The notes under the pieces were generated by a model. That model was given only the letters and a program-made list of their open reading frames with translations, was not told where the DNA came from and did not search any database. A DNA stretch of 64,000 bases. It comes from a virus. The stretch covers positions 32,001-96,000 of IMG/VR virus record IMGVR_UViG_3300032523_001141; one strand, given 5' to 3'. Positions within the stretch are counted from its first letter, which is position 1; every line of letters starts with the position of its first letter. This document shows positions 45,535 to 56,300 of the stretch, in pieces. Made by a program: the position numbers and the translations under genes.

Positions 45535-46587
45535 TCACGGCGAGTTTTGGTCAACAAACCCGAAACAGACTGTGCAGTAATATTCGCTGACGGTGTAGTT
45601 AAACTTCACGCTAGTCATTGTGCCGTCGATTCGAATAATGTTGAACCCTTCTGCGCCAGTAAATTGTGTGTACTGAGTAGCGCCTACGGGATTTTGATAT
45701 GTCGTTTCGCCGCCTGACTCCCAGATTGGCGTAAACGGTTTTGGCGCGCCATTCTCGTCGAGTACCTGTACTGGGACCCCCGTGCCGGGATTACCGACAC
45801 TAGCAAAAGCAACTAGGGCGTCTGTGACGGGCGAACTAAACGTCGCAGTAAATACCCCGGTCTGCGTGTTTCCAATTTGCTTGCCGCTGCTTGGTACGCC
45901 GTAGTCTGCCGGGAAAGTGCCGGGGTTGTACATGCCGCTGTGCTCGAACATCCCGCCACCACTTTGGGTAATTGCGACTGTGATGGCGTTCTGCCCGATT
46001 CCAGACGCCGTGGTGGAATCTATGCTCAGCATTCTCATCCACTTGAAACCAGAGTCGCCAGTACACGAAGAGTCATCGCAAGTCGCTAACGGGTTGTAAT
46101 TGTCGGCGGCTGGGTTCGTGCAGCCATAGACGCATGGAATACATGAGCCGTCGTCACACGTTGCGCTTGGGTTGTAGTTTGTGGCTGTGTTATCCGTGCA
46201 GCCATTAACACACGGAGGGCAAACCTGCTCAGCCGTAAATGGCGCCGGCCAATTTACCAACCACGGCCGGGTCGCATAACTATACGCTCTGGCGAGTTCT
46301 GCGCCTTCGTTCGTGTAAAGCCACACGCCTGTTATGTAGCGAACCGTTTCATCTCCGTAAACATATGTCTCACGGCCATACGGCGCGTAGTTAATAGGAG
46401 AGAGAGTGCGCTCACCAGCAACCCAGCCGGTCATTTTGACGGGGGCAGTTGCCTCCGAGCAACACGAATCGCCGCGACAAAACACCAACTTATCGCCTAT
46501 AAACACGCGTGCAACATCGTCATCGCCTATTTTAATAGACGTGATGTTGGTGCTGCCTATGTATGTATCGCTGTCTACTATTGGCAT
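45535..46587 (-). CDS. Accessory fibre / adhesin-like protein with GCTD..A.NY repeats
   Basis: N-terminal IKIGDDDVARVFIGDKLVF; two GCTxxxAxNYNPxATCDDxSC repeats. Confidence 0.65.
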   Translation of the reverse strand: MPIVDSDTYIGSTNITSIKIGDDDVARVFIGDKLVFCRGDSCCSEATAPVKMTGWVAGERTLSPINYAPYGRETYVYGDETVRYITGVWLYTNEGAELARAYSYATRPWLVNWPAPFTAEQVCPPCVNGCTDNTATNYNPSATCDDGSCIPCVYGCTNPAADNYNPLATCDDSSCTGDSGFKWMRMLSIDSTTASGIGQNAITVAITQSGGGMFEHSGMYNPGTFPADYGVPSSGKQIGNTQTGVFTATFSSPVTDALVAFASVGNPGTGVPVQVLDENGAPKPFTPIWESGGETTYQNPVGATQYTQFTGAEGFNIIRIDGTMTSVKFNYTVSEYYCTVCFGFVDQNSP

Positions 46588-46592
46588 AGCGA

Positions 46593-47528
46593 TTACTCGG
46601 CAACAATGTAGTACACAGTTGCCGGATCTTTAGTCGCCAATGCGTTATAGCCGGCCTGGGTAATTTTGACGATGTTTGTAAGCACTGTCCCGCCTGTAAG
46701 CCCGGTAATGTCGCTCTCTACGTAGTTGTTTGCTCCGCCGCCGCCAATCTCTACCGCCGTGTTGTCTGCAAGTCCGGCGTACAGTTTATTCTCGTCTTCG
46801 TCGTACAGCATCTCACCCGGCTGCACGTTGATCGGCGTCAGATTTATTTCGCTGACAATCTCGCGGCGGCGGCGTGGAAAATGCAACGCGCGGAATACGC
46901 GCGTAAAAATTTCACCCGGCTCGGCGCTAATTTCGAGGTACGTGAAATAAGCCTTATCGCTAACATCGGTATCCACATCGGCGTGAAAACCGATGCGGTA
47001 CGCGCCAGCAGAAAGCCGCTCGTTTTCAAGCACAATTGTGTCGACAAGGTCGGAGGGGTCGGGGCTACTGCCTACAAACAATTCGTGCGTAATAGTTTCT
47101 GCAACTGGGTCATACGTCACGCGCGCTGTGTAAGTAATGTCAACTGTGAGTGTGTATTCTGAATACACGACGCTTTCTGCAACTTGCCCCATCACGCGCG
47201 GATTGCCGCAATTGTACTGAACGGCAATACGTGACGTGTCATCGTCCCAACTCCAGTACGGCTCAGCGTCGGCTTTGAAAAAACAAATGCCGTGATCGGG
47301 GCAGGCCTCATCCTCGTCCCCGTCGCTAATGTTGCTGTGCACAAACGTGTAAACGACTACGACAGTTGTTTCGCCACCGATGTCATAGTTCGTGCGAATA
47401 GGGTACAGCGCATTTTCCGCGTCGCCAGAGAACCACATGCCGGTAGAGTCAAAACCAAACGCTAAGTTTGCGTCTGGGAACGTATCAAGCCACGCTGGCT
47501 GTGTCTGCAGATTGCTAGAAACACTCAT
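46593..47528 (-). CDS. Accessory fibre protein
   Basis: Beta-rich N-terminal domain; GEMLYDEDENKLYAG; C-terminal ITQAGYNALATKDPATVYYIV fibre motif. Confidence 0.65.
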   Translation of the reverse strand: MSVSSNLQTQPAWLDTFPDANLAFGFDSTGMWFSGDAENALYPIRTNYDIGGETTVVVVYTFVHSNISDGDEDEACPDHGICFFKADAEPYWSWDDDTSRIAVQYNCGNPRVMGQVAESVVYSEYTLTVDITYTARVTYDPVAETITHELFVGSSPDPSDLVDTIVLENERLSAGAYRIGFHADVDTDVSDKAYFTYLEISAEPGEIFTRVFRALHFPRRRREIVSEINLTPINVQPGEMLYDEDENKLYAGLADNTAVEIGGGGANNYVESDITGLTGGTVLTNIVKITQAGYNALATKDPATVYYIVAE

Positions 47529-47551
47529 GCTATTTCTCCAGTATGTGGTAT

Positions 47552-47971
47552 TTACCGAAGCATCGGCGTTTCGACGGTGACAGTCAGCACAAAGTTCTTG
47601 CTGCCGCTACCGTTCGGTTTGATTCGCAGGTACAAAAAACGCTGCGGGAGCGTAGGTGTTCCGTCGCGGTTAAGGTAGGCAACATTAACATCACTATTTT
47701 CAGCAATAGCCACGACGTCTTGATCAGAAACTACGTCGGCAAAATCCGAAAGACTTAAAACGTGAAAAGCCTCAGCGGGCAATGTACTGTTCGGCGCTGT
47801 CTCTTGGCTGCTGGAATACAGATCGGCTTCAAACTTGTTGTCAGCGCCGTTTAGTTGAACAAGCGCGTATCCGCGCAAAATTGCTCGGTGCGGCATCTTT
47901 ACCGGCACAACTGTTTCAGTGCCGCTTGCTGCTGTAAATGTAGTAGTGCCCGCCCAAATAGTGCCAGCCAT
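47552..47971 (-). CDS. Small beta-rich virion protein
   Basis: 139-aa ORF in operon orientation with SD-like AGGT. Confidence 0.6.
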   Translation of the reverse strand: MAGTIWAGTTTFTAASGTETVVPVKMPHRAILRGYALVQLNGADNKFEADLYSSSQETAPNSTLPAEAFHVLSLSDFADVVSDQDVVAIAENSDVNVAYLNRDGTPTLPQRFLYLRIKPNGSGSKNFVLTVTVETPMLR

Positions 47972-47981
47972 TTTTCACCTA

Positions 47982-50396
47982 TTAAGAGTTAGCTACAGCG
48001 CTCAGGTCGATATCCTGCGCGCTATTGTCCGGGTTCGGGTCGATTGTCTTCTGCTTCAGGAAGAGAATAACATCGCCGAGCATTTCAAACGCGTTACGAA
48101 GCGAGTCTTCAAGTTCGGGCATGTCGCTCTTGCCATAGCGGTCAGCAAATCGATCTCCGTGCCAGTAGAACATAAACAAGATGCGGCCAAGCTTATCTAA
48201 CCCCTTGGTTAAGTCGCCCATGTAGCGATCCACAAGCGAGTCGTCACGCACGGCACGTAACATGCTGCCGATCATAGCCGTATCAAATACTTCTTTTTGA
48301 CCAGACTGCGCCGCGTCAAGAACGCGTTGCAGTTCTTGATCAGTTCCGGAGCCCAGCACGCCCTTATCGTACATTGGGTTTGGATTGTAAACGCTGCGGT
48401 CCGTATTAAGAGCAAGCATGTCGGGAACTGGTACGCCCTGATCAATACCGAGTTGCGTGGGCACATTTGTACCCATGACAAACTCGCCGCCCATTACCGG
48501 TGACGGCATAGTGGGCGCACTGGGCGCGCCGTTAATCATCATCGGGCCGCCATACGGGTCAGCAGCTAGCTTAAGCCGGCAGGAGAACTTACGGGACGAA
48601 GCAGCTCGCGTCAAAATCTCGCGGGCGGCGTCTTCTCGCAGGTGGTGCTCAACAAGCAGATTAACTAGCGCTTGTTTTTCGGAAAGTTTCTTTTCGCCAT
48701 TTATCTCGACTTCCGTGCCGTTATGTGTTACCTCCAACGAAGCCGTTTTGCTCATTAAGCAAAGCTGCGCGTCAATAAGATTTCCGGGCATGAGAGCTGG
48801 CGGGTCGCTTTCGCCGCAACCGCAAGCGCCTTGGTCGTCGGCAGACTCGGCGTCGTCTTCACCCTTGCTGACTTTGAGCAACTTGTAGCCTTCGGGGACA
48901 AAGATGTCGCCCATGCTTGAACGCAGGCTGCCGCCCTTTTTGCCGTTAAGGTGGATGCGCACGCCGTCGCGCCATTTATCGTAATTTAGTGGGTCGGTGT
49001 AGCAGCACGGCGAAATGTGCCCCTTGGGCGGGAATTTCGAGTGATCTTCAAGATGCGCCTCGTAACTTGTCGTGCCGTACTCCGACTCGCCGTACTCGCG
49101 GATAACGCGGAACGGAACTGTCGCGTCGCCGCGCTTGCAGATCGCCATGTGGCGGCCAGACTTGGACACGCTATTGGCTTCTGGCAGTGCGTCAAACCAC
49201 TTGTCAAACTCTTCGCCTTCAATTCGGGCTAGGGCGAACACTTGATCCGCGCGGGTATTAATCCAGTCCGGTTTGCCGTCTACGCGAACTACGGTAATAA
49301 AGTCTGTGCGCTTGGACGCGCCCATCGGATAAGCGGCTACGTAGCAGCGTTCAATGTCACCCGGCTTAACGAGGATGTCGTACAGCCCGCTTTGAGTGGG
49401 GTTGAAAAGCTTCTTATCTACTTGGATATGATACGGAATTGCCACGTTATCGCGGTCGCGCTGATCGTCGATAAGAATACCGTCGTTTAGAAGTTTTTCT
49501 TGATCTTCTTCTGTGTGTCCGGGGGGCAGCATCGTTTGGATCGTTACGTCCATAGTTACGATCTTTAAGCCCTTGAGAGCCTTTGGCTTCTCAGGCGCCT
49601 CTGACACAATGCTGGCGATTTTTGGCGCGTTTTCACGAATCTTGGCCGCGTCAATGGCTTCTTTAATAATATTGAGCCCGTGAAACTGCTCAATAGCCGA
49701 CGCTAGTTGCGGCGCGCGCTGACAAGCCTTAACGAGGAAGTCGAGCGTCTCAAGCCGGGCCGACTTCAAAAAAGTACCCAGGTCGAGGCTCACGCTGATT
49801 TCTTGAAATGCGGCGGTGGTGTTCAGCGTTGCAGCTTTTGCAAACGCCGGCATGGCTTCTGTGATCATTTCTTTAAGCGTCGGGTTTGCCGAGCCGAACT
49901 TAGACGGCGAGCGGCTAAGCTGCGTAAAGTCAGGCTGCCGTTGGCCAAGCCGAGAAAGGCTGCGGTCGACGCCGTGGCCGAGAATACCGGGTTTTCGGTT
50001 AATGAGATAATTAATCCAATTTTCTTTGAGCGGTACAAACATGTCCTGATTTTTCAGGTACAGCAGTTCGTGACCCTTTAAGTCGCCGTTTAAAAAGAAC
50101 ATAGGCGCGTACAGCCACATCGTCCCGAGCTTAAACGCAAAAACACCAACAGCCTTGGTATTTTCGTTATTGCGGTCGAGAAGCTGAAAGCCGACTTCGT
50201 GGTCAAGTAGGCCGGGAGCTTTGTCTTGCAGGTAAGCGTGAGCTAAGTTGCTAAATGCCTGCTCAAACGGGGTGTCGTCACCATTGCCGCCTAACGCCGC
50301 GTACTTAACATTCGAGCGGGAGTATTGCCCCAACTTCTCAAGTTGTTGCTTCCAAGCGGGTTTGTTACTTTTTTTGTTGTACACAGCCACCTCCAT
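47982..50396 (-). CDS. Large head-associated protein with K-x-A motifs
   Basis: 804 aa; KYAA, KAAT, KSAR, KIAS, KTAS, KLAA; start may be the GTG after GGAG. Confidence 0.7.
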   Translation of the reverse strand: MEVAVYNKKSNKPAWKQQLEKLGQYSRSNVKYAALGGNGDDTPFEQAFSNLAHAYLQDKAPGLLDHEVGFQLLDRNNENTKAVGVFAFKLGTMWLYAPMFFLNGDLKGHELLYLKNQDMFVPLKENWINYLINRKPGILGHGVDRSLSRLGQRQPDFTQLSRSPSKFGSANPTLKEMITEAMPAFAKAATLNTTAAFQEISVSLDLGTFLKSARLETLDFLVKACQRAPQLASAIEQFHGLNIIKEAIDAAKIRENAPKIASIVSEAPEKPKALKGLKIVTMDVTIQTMLPPGHTEEDQEKLLNDGILIDDQRDRDNVAIPYHIQVDKKLFNPTQSGLYDILVKPGDIERCYVAAYPMGASKRTDFITVVRVDGKPDWINTRADQVFALARIEGEEFDKWFDALPEANSVSKSGRHMAICKRGDATVPFRVIREYGESEYGTTSYEAHLEDHSKFPPKGHISPCCYTDPLNYDKWRDGVRIHLNGKKGGSLRSSMGDIFVPEGYKLLKVSKGEDDAESADDQGACGCGESDPPALMPGNLIDAQLCLMSKTASLEVTHNGTEVEINGEKKLSEKQALVNLLVEHHLREDAAREILTRAASSRKFSCRLKLAADPYGGPMMINGAPSAPTMPSPVMGGEFVMGTNVPTQLGIDQGVPVPDMLALNTDRSVYNPNPMYDKGVLGSGTDQELQRVLDAAQSGQKEVFDTAMIGSMLRAVRDDSLVDRYMGDLTKGLDKLGRILFMFYWHGDRFADRYGKSDMPELEDSLRNAFEMLGDVILFLKQKTIDPNPDNSAQDIDLSAVANS

Positions 50397-50465
50397 GCGG
50401 CATTTGCGCTATTCGGAAACAGATAACTGATAATTTACCTGTATTTGACTTTGCGATCCACTGTT

Positions 50466-52346
50466 TTATGGTTGCGATTGCCATCCGGCAGTCGCGCCGG
50501 ACAGGCCAAACGTCTCTCCACGAGCCAAAGTAGGCACAAAACTGCTACCAGCCGTGTCGCTCACGCCGCCGCGATGAGTAGCATTTAATAAGCTTTTTTG
50601 CTGATACGAGCCCATCATGCGCGTCATCCAGTCCGGGTCTGTAGCAACGCTTGCCATACCCCGCACCATCTCTGGCTCAAAAGGTGGCGGCTCTTTGTGG
50701 GCTTCAATGTCTTTGATGCCGTATTTGTCAAAGTTGTCTAAAACAGATTTGCCAATTTTAGTGCCAATTGAGTAATGCAGCACCGGCTTTTCTAAATAAT
50801 GTCCAGTTAGGCTTTTTGGGTTACCGTGTACGCTCCCGGTTCTCGGCTGCCATGACCGCTCCAGCATAGAATACGGCACAATATCGTCTGGCACATAATC
50901 GCCGTATTCGTCGGTCAACCGGACATGATTAATGAGTCCGCGAGATAACAATTCAATGTTACGCCGATGTCCAGTGATTCCGCTATTACCTAGTACTTGC
51001 CTCATAGCCTGTACGAAATAACGGCGGCCCTCTCCGACTCCTTTGTATTTGACTATTTCGGCCGGGCTGGGCATACCCTCTGACAACACGTCACCGGCTT
51101 CAAGTACATCGCCTTTTTTCACCTTAAGCGCCACGTCTGTCGGCACGTAATGTTCTTTTCCGGCAACAATCACGTAATGGCCGCCTTGTGGCGCCAGCCG
51201 AATATCTTGCACTGCACCGTCTAATTGAGAGTGGGTGGCGCCACTGGGGTATTTTTCCGGCACCTGCACTAAAGCATTAAGCGCTTTAAATCCAGAAATA
51301 GCGCCAGCTCCGCCTACGCCGCCAGAGTGCTTAGAAGAAATCTGGCTTTGTGTAACTGGCTCAGCTAATGCTTGGGCGGCGGCAATTCCAACATAATCAC
51401 CAATCGGCGGTAACCGGTTCTTTTCGCGGTATCCGACATCCTTAGAGTACACACCGCCGTCGGCTGGCCCGCCTACTGCGGGGCTACGCACTAGTATGTC
51501 TTTAATGTCAAGTTGCTTTAGGTCTTTTAATATTTTTGGCGTAAGCACCGTGTTCCGTTTGTACGGCCCGGAGGCTCTGGCCAGTAGCGCACCTTCGTTG
51601 TCTACATCGTCAACGTCCGACGGAAAGCCGCGATTATCGGCGCCGGCCAGTAACTCAGGCTGATCCTCATCATCAGACGTGACGAGCAACCTGTGATTCA
51701 TTTGCGTTAACTGTTTGGCAAAAAATCCAGCGTCAGACGTCGCAGTTTTTAAGTCCATCAAACCTTTGCGCGTGCCGAACGCCCCAGCAAAATACTCCAC
51801 CGGACGCAAGCCCTGACTGTAGCCGTGCATCACCGGAATTGGAATTGGTTGGTTGCGATGATCTACGTACTGCATGTCGGCGCCAAGAATGCTATTAAGC
51901 TGAAATTTATTTCCCTTAACGCCAGACGACACTTGATGAAAGAGCGGGTTATCTTGCTCTTCAGCGTCTTTGTAAACAATGTCGATAAGTTCTTTTTGAG
52001 CCTGCGACGATAACTCAAGTATTTTAAGGTTCCGAGATTTGTCGTCGAGGCTAGCGTCGCTCAGCACGCCGCGCAGCTTTTGTTTAATTTCTTGTTGCTT
52101 TTTTTGCGCAACAATCGACGTGGTGATGGCGTCTAAACCGACGGACATACCGTTTGTCGTGTACGCAGTTTCAGCGCCGATATCTTGCATCTGCTTCATG
52201 ACCTCGCGGTACTTGTCTGGGTACCGCGTGGCCAGATCAGTAGCGAGTCCAGTCACGTTTTTCTTCGTCAGGACGCGATTGTAGTCTCGCATGTCCGCGG
52301 GAAGCGCGCTATTTATCAGAAGTTGTCCAAGCGTTGTTTTTAACAT
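50466..52346 (-). CDS. rpoC: Phage RNA polymerase, beta' C-terminal subunit
   Basis: TTLGQLLIN; SGVKG; bridge helix EYFAGAFGTRKGLMDLKTATSDAGFFAKQL; trigger loop AQALAEPVTQSQISSKHSGG; HRRNIELLSRGL. Confidence 0.93.
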   Translation of the reverse strand: MLKTTLGQLLINSALPADMRDYNRVLTKKNVTGLATDLATRYPDKYREVMKQMQDIGAETAYTTNGMSVGLDAITTSIVAQKKQQEIKQKLRGVLSDASLDDKSRNLKILELSSQAQKELIDIVYKDAEEQDNPLFHQVSSGVKGNKFQLNSILGADMQYVDHRNQPIPIPVMHGYSQGLRPVEYFAGAFGTRKGLMDLKTATSDAGFFAKQLTQMNHRLLVTSDDEDQPELLAGADNRGFPSDVDDVDNEGALLARASGPYKRNTVLTPKILKDLKQLDIKDILVRSPAVGGPADGGVYSKDVGYREKNRLPPIGDYVGIAAAQALAEPVTQSQISSKHSGGVGGAGAISGFKALNALVQVPEKYPSGATHSQLDGAVQDIRLAPQGGHYVIVAGKEHYVPTDVALKVKKGDVLEAGDVLSEGMPSPAEIVKYKGVGEGRRYFVQAMRQVLGNSGITGHRRNIELLSRGLINHVRLTDEYGDYVPDDIVPYSMLERSWQPRTGSVHGNPKSLTGHYLEKPVLHYSIGTKIGKSVLDNFDKYGIKDIEAHKEPPPFEPEMVRGMASVATDPDWMTRMMGSYQQKSLLNATHRGGVSDTAGSSFVPTLARGETFGLSGATAGWQSQP

Positions 52347-52347
52347 T

Positions 52348-52590
52348 TCACAACAAGCTCTTTGTTTCTTCTATTGATTTTGGCTTAACGTCGTGTACTG
52401 TTGTAACTTTATCAAAACCTAACGCTTTAAGAACGGCAGCAAAATTACTGTCGCCCGCCTGCGCCGTTACAATCGCGCCGTTATCGACTTCTACCGCTAC
52501 GTACAGAATATTTCCAAAACGATCTTCAACGATAACGCTATGCGCGTCAGTAACACTTGGTTGAAGATAGTGCTGCGTTTTAACGAGCAT
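52348..52590 (-). CDS. Small hypothetical protein between the RNAP genes
   Basis: 80 aa, tightly coupled to both neighbours. Confidence 0.65.
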   Translation of the reverse strand: MLVKTQHYLQPSVTDAHSVIVEDRFGNILYVAVEVDNGAIVTAQAGDSNFAAVLKALGFDKVTTVHDVKPKSIEETKSLL

Positions 52591-53290
52591 TCCGCATCAA
52601 GCTCCTGTACAGCGCTGAAGCTGCGGCTGCTGAAACTTGTAAGTTAATTTGCTGCGCTTCTGTACGCGCAACCGGGTCACCGATATACGAAGCCGATTTC
52701 GTCGAGTCGTCAACCTGCCACCAAGCGGCTTTCTCGGGCGGGATCGGGGCTACTGCGCCGCCGTTTTGCGTGGGGTCTTGCCCGGCGTACACATCCGGCG
52801 GCAATTGCCCACCGGCGGAGGGATCGGCTGCGGCCGTAGGCGCGTTAGCAGCGCCCGGCAAAGCTGACTCAACTGACGGCGCGCTGGTCGAGCCCGGCGG
52901 GAGAACAATCGCCTCAGGCGGTAATTGCACGCCCATTGCATTCATGATCGCCGTAAGCTGCTGCTGCATGTTGTACATGCGGTAATCAATCATTTGCATC
53001 ATTTGTTCCGGCTTAAGTTTTTGCTGCGCGCCAGCAGGTGCGGCGGCGGGGGCCGGAGCAGGAGCCGGTGCGGGGGCAGGGGCCGGTGCGGGGGCGCCAG
53101 CGCCCATACCCATGTCCATAGGAGCAGCGGCCATCGCGGCCATCGGGTCAGCGCCCATAGCAGCCGGATCCATCGGGGGCGCTCCCATACCGCCCATGGC
53201 GGCAGGATCAGCCGAAGGTGGTGGTACGGCGGCAGCTTTTTGCATGGTCGCGCGGGCAAGGCGCAAAAGTTCGTAATTGATCATGGACAT
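52580..53290 (-). CDS. Pro/Ala/Met-rich disordered protein with K-x-A sites
   Basis: DPAAMGG and APAP repeats; QKAAA, EKAAW, TKSAS; SD GGAG. Confidence 0.7.
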   Translation of the reverse strand: MSMINYELLRLARATMQKAAAVPPPSADPAAMGGMGAPPMDPAAMGADPMAAMAAAPMDMGMGAGAPAPAPAPAPAPAPAPAAAPAGAQQKLKPEQMMQMIDYRMYNMQQQLTAIMNAMGVQLPPEAIVLPPGSTSAPSVESALPGAANAPTAAADPSAGGQLPPDVYAGQDPTQNGGAVAPIPPEKAAWWQVDDSTKSASYIGDPVARTEAQQINLQVSAAAASALYRSLMRNAR

Positions 53291-53313
53291 GAAAATCTCC
53301 TTGTTTGGTGGCC

Positions 53314-56300
53314 CTAATCATTCTCCACAATATGTACCGGCGTGTCGACCTCAATATCACCACGCCGATAAGCGGCAATGGCATCTTTGGCGGATTTAAA
53401 GACTCGCGCGGGCGACTTCTTGTTAATCCGGTTGGAAGCAACATACAGGCCAGATTGTAATTCAGCTACTGGGGTGTAATGACCCTTAAACGTTGACGCC
53501 GCAAATAAATTACGACTTGGCAGCATTTTTTCAGCGGCTTCTCGGCCGGCTGCGTCAGTGCTAGGCACATGGAATTGCATGGCGTCGCCATCGAAGTCAG
53601 CGCCGAAACCATTGGTTACAAGCGGGCTCACTTCCATTGTTTTGTTTTTAGTAAGACGCGGATAAAACGCCATTATGCCGTAACGGTGCAGTACCGGCGC
53701 GCGATTAATAATAATTGGCCGAGAATTCATTTGCTGGTTTAATTCACCGCGGGCCATATTGTTTTTGTCGTCAAACGACTTAATTGCTTCCATGCGCGGT
53801 AACCCCCGACGCACCAGCCCGCGCACAATAAACGGCTTATAAATTTCCCACGCTTTTTCTTCGGGGAGGGCAACCTGATCCATATCCAAATCAGGATTAG
53901 GCGTAATTACAGCTCGACCAACAAGATCCACAGTTGAACTAAGAAGTTTGCGCTGCACAGTGCCGTACTTTGGCGAGCTTCCAAAAATCTGCGATAAAAA
54001 GCCGCGCACTCGTCGCTCGACGTTCTTGGCCTGCACAGGGTCGCCCATGCCCGTGACGCCCTTCATTGCGTCGTATAGTCCCAGGCGTTCGTTGCCGACT
54101 TCAGTAAATACGCCAGCAGAATCTTTTAATACAGAGTTTGCGTCGAGCAGTTCTTTGTACAGATAATTTGCGTCGGCAACGAGCGGTAGTTTTTTCTGCC
54201 CCATCGTCGAGACGGGCCGGAACGCTGGCGGTATTACCGGCATCTTGGTCAGCATCCACTCCTCGGGATGTGTGCCAGTCTTTTCTGAAGTTTTTAAAAA
54301 CGCTAGTTTTCGAACGGCGGCATCCCGCGCGACCTTGCGGCCGGACTGAATATCTTGACGCGCCTGCTCTATAGCTTTAGGCACATTAATACGCTTTAGC
54401 GCGTTCTTAATAGCCATTGGGCCGGTTTCGTCATTAAGCTTCTCTTGTCCGGCTAAGATATCTCTGAACTTTTTCTCGGTAAGCCCAAGAGTGCGCCTAA
54501 TCGGTTCTTCCATAACCGGATTTGGCATAGGCTCGTGCAGAGTGATCTTAGCCCAACGATTACCGTTATGGCCGCCAGTAAGCCCTTCGTCAAAAAGCCC
54601 GCCGGTCTTGGGGCGCAGGCCAGATTTCCAATCAACTGTATCGGCGTTCTGTATTTCGCGGTCGCCCGTAAGCTTGTCAATTTCTTTGTCAGTCAACGCC
54701 ATGATGTGCGTCTTTGTGCCTTCGCGGACGGTGGTAATACCTGCACCCCGAAGCTGCTCAACAAATTTTGTGTAAACTTGCGGAATCTTTGGAAGCGGCG
54801 GCGTATAGCCCGCCATTACCTGCGACCAATATTCTGGATTAGCTTGCCCGCGCACCATTTTGGCGTCGCGAATAACCTGCCCAGCGCCGTGCGAAAGCAA
54901 AGCACCCAGATCGAGCATGCCGATGCGCTTAGCGCCTTCAGGCCCGCCCTTGGCTGGCGTGCCTTCAGCCGTGTATCCGCCAGTAGACCGGCCCTGCGCT
55001 TTGCTTTCGCTCGTGTGGTGCAATTTCATGAAGAAACGATTACCAGTAAGCACGCCTTTAATTTTGCGCCCAGTCTCGGGGTCAGTAACGTCCTCGAGAT
55101 CCGTAAGTTGATGTTTTCGTAATTCTGCTTTTGCAAAAGCAATAAGATCAGTCTGGTCGTCAAAGTCTTTAATCTTGAACGGCTGCCCAGTTTTTTCAGC
55201 TACTTTACCGAGCGCTGCTTCTACGATCTGAGACGGATTAATTCGGCTGGCTAAACCGAGCGGGCTGACAAGCACCTCTATTGGCCGGCCTTGCGCATCC
55301 TGCGGCATTTGATCGTCAGCAATAATGCCAGCCACGACGCCCTTGTCGCCGAAGCGCCCGGTGAGTTTGTCGCCTACTTCCATCTGCGCTTTGCTTTTAA
55401 CAATTGCGCTGTACCCCTTTTTTGTTTTAGCGATGTCAGTGACGACGCCCGGGGAGTGGTGATCCCAAGTAACAGAGTCATTAGTGAAGTTAGCCGACTT
55501 GCCGCGAAACACCTGCCCGTATGTGGTTTCCCGCGCTTTGCTCACGAGAATAAGCGGGTCGCCGTACGTGACAACAGCGCCTTTTTTGATTACGCCATTA
55601 TCGTCAAAGTTATCTAAAGTTTTTTTGTCATACTCACTTGGGAACAAGCTAACAAATTTCTTCTTGTCTATGTGCGTGTTGTCGTCCGCGTCGGCTTCGT
55701 GCTGATACATGTGCTCAGATGTCAGGCGCTTTGCTGCAGACTCAGATATCACCACTGAGTCGTCGTACACAAGCCCGCGGAACGGCAAGTAACCTACGCG
55801 CATATTTAAACCAAGCGCCGCAGTGCCGTTCTTGTCTGTAAAATTTGACTGCGCAATAAGCTGGCCGGGTTTAACTGTATCGCCGGGTTTTACAGCTGCT
55901 GTTTGTGTCCAGAAAGTTTTTCGATTAAACGGCGCGTCATTGTAAAGCTCAACTGTTTTTTGCTCACCGTCTTTGTTGCGTAAAACAATCTCGTCTGGCG
56001 TAACAGATACAACCTGCGAAAGTTCGTCGGCGTATGCGGCACCCATGCTCTTGCCCATATCGTCTTCGTACGAGCGCGATGGATCGTCGGCGATAGCTGA
56101 TTGAATAAACGGCGATTCAGCGTTGACAAGGGGCAGCGCCTGCGTAAACATGCGCGAACCCATGATAACGCGGTGACCTTTCATCATGGATTTGAGCGGC
56201 ACCATATTAGACAACATCGAGAAAGACGCATCCATATTTGGAGCCATGTACTGCGCTTGATCGCGCGGAATGTATTTCATTTTGCCGTTAACAATTGCGG

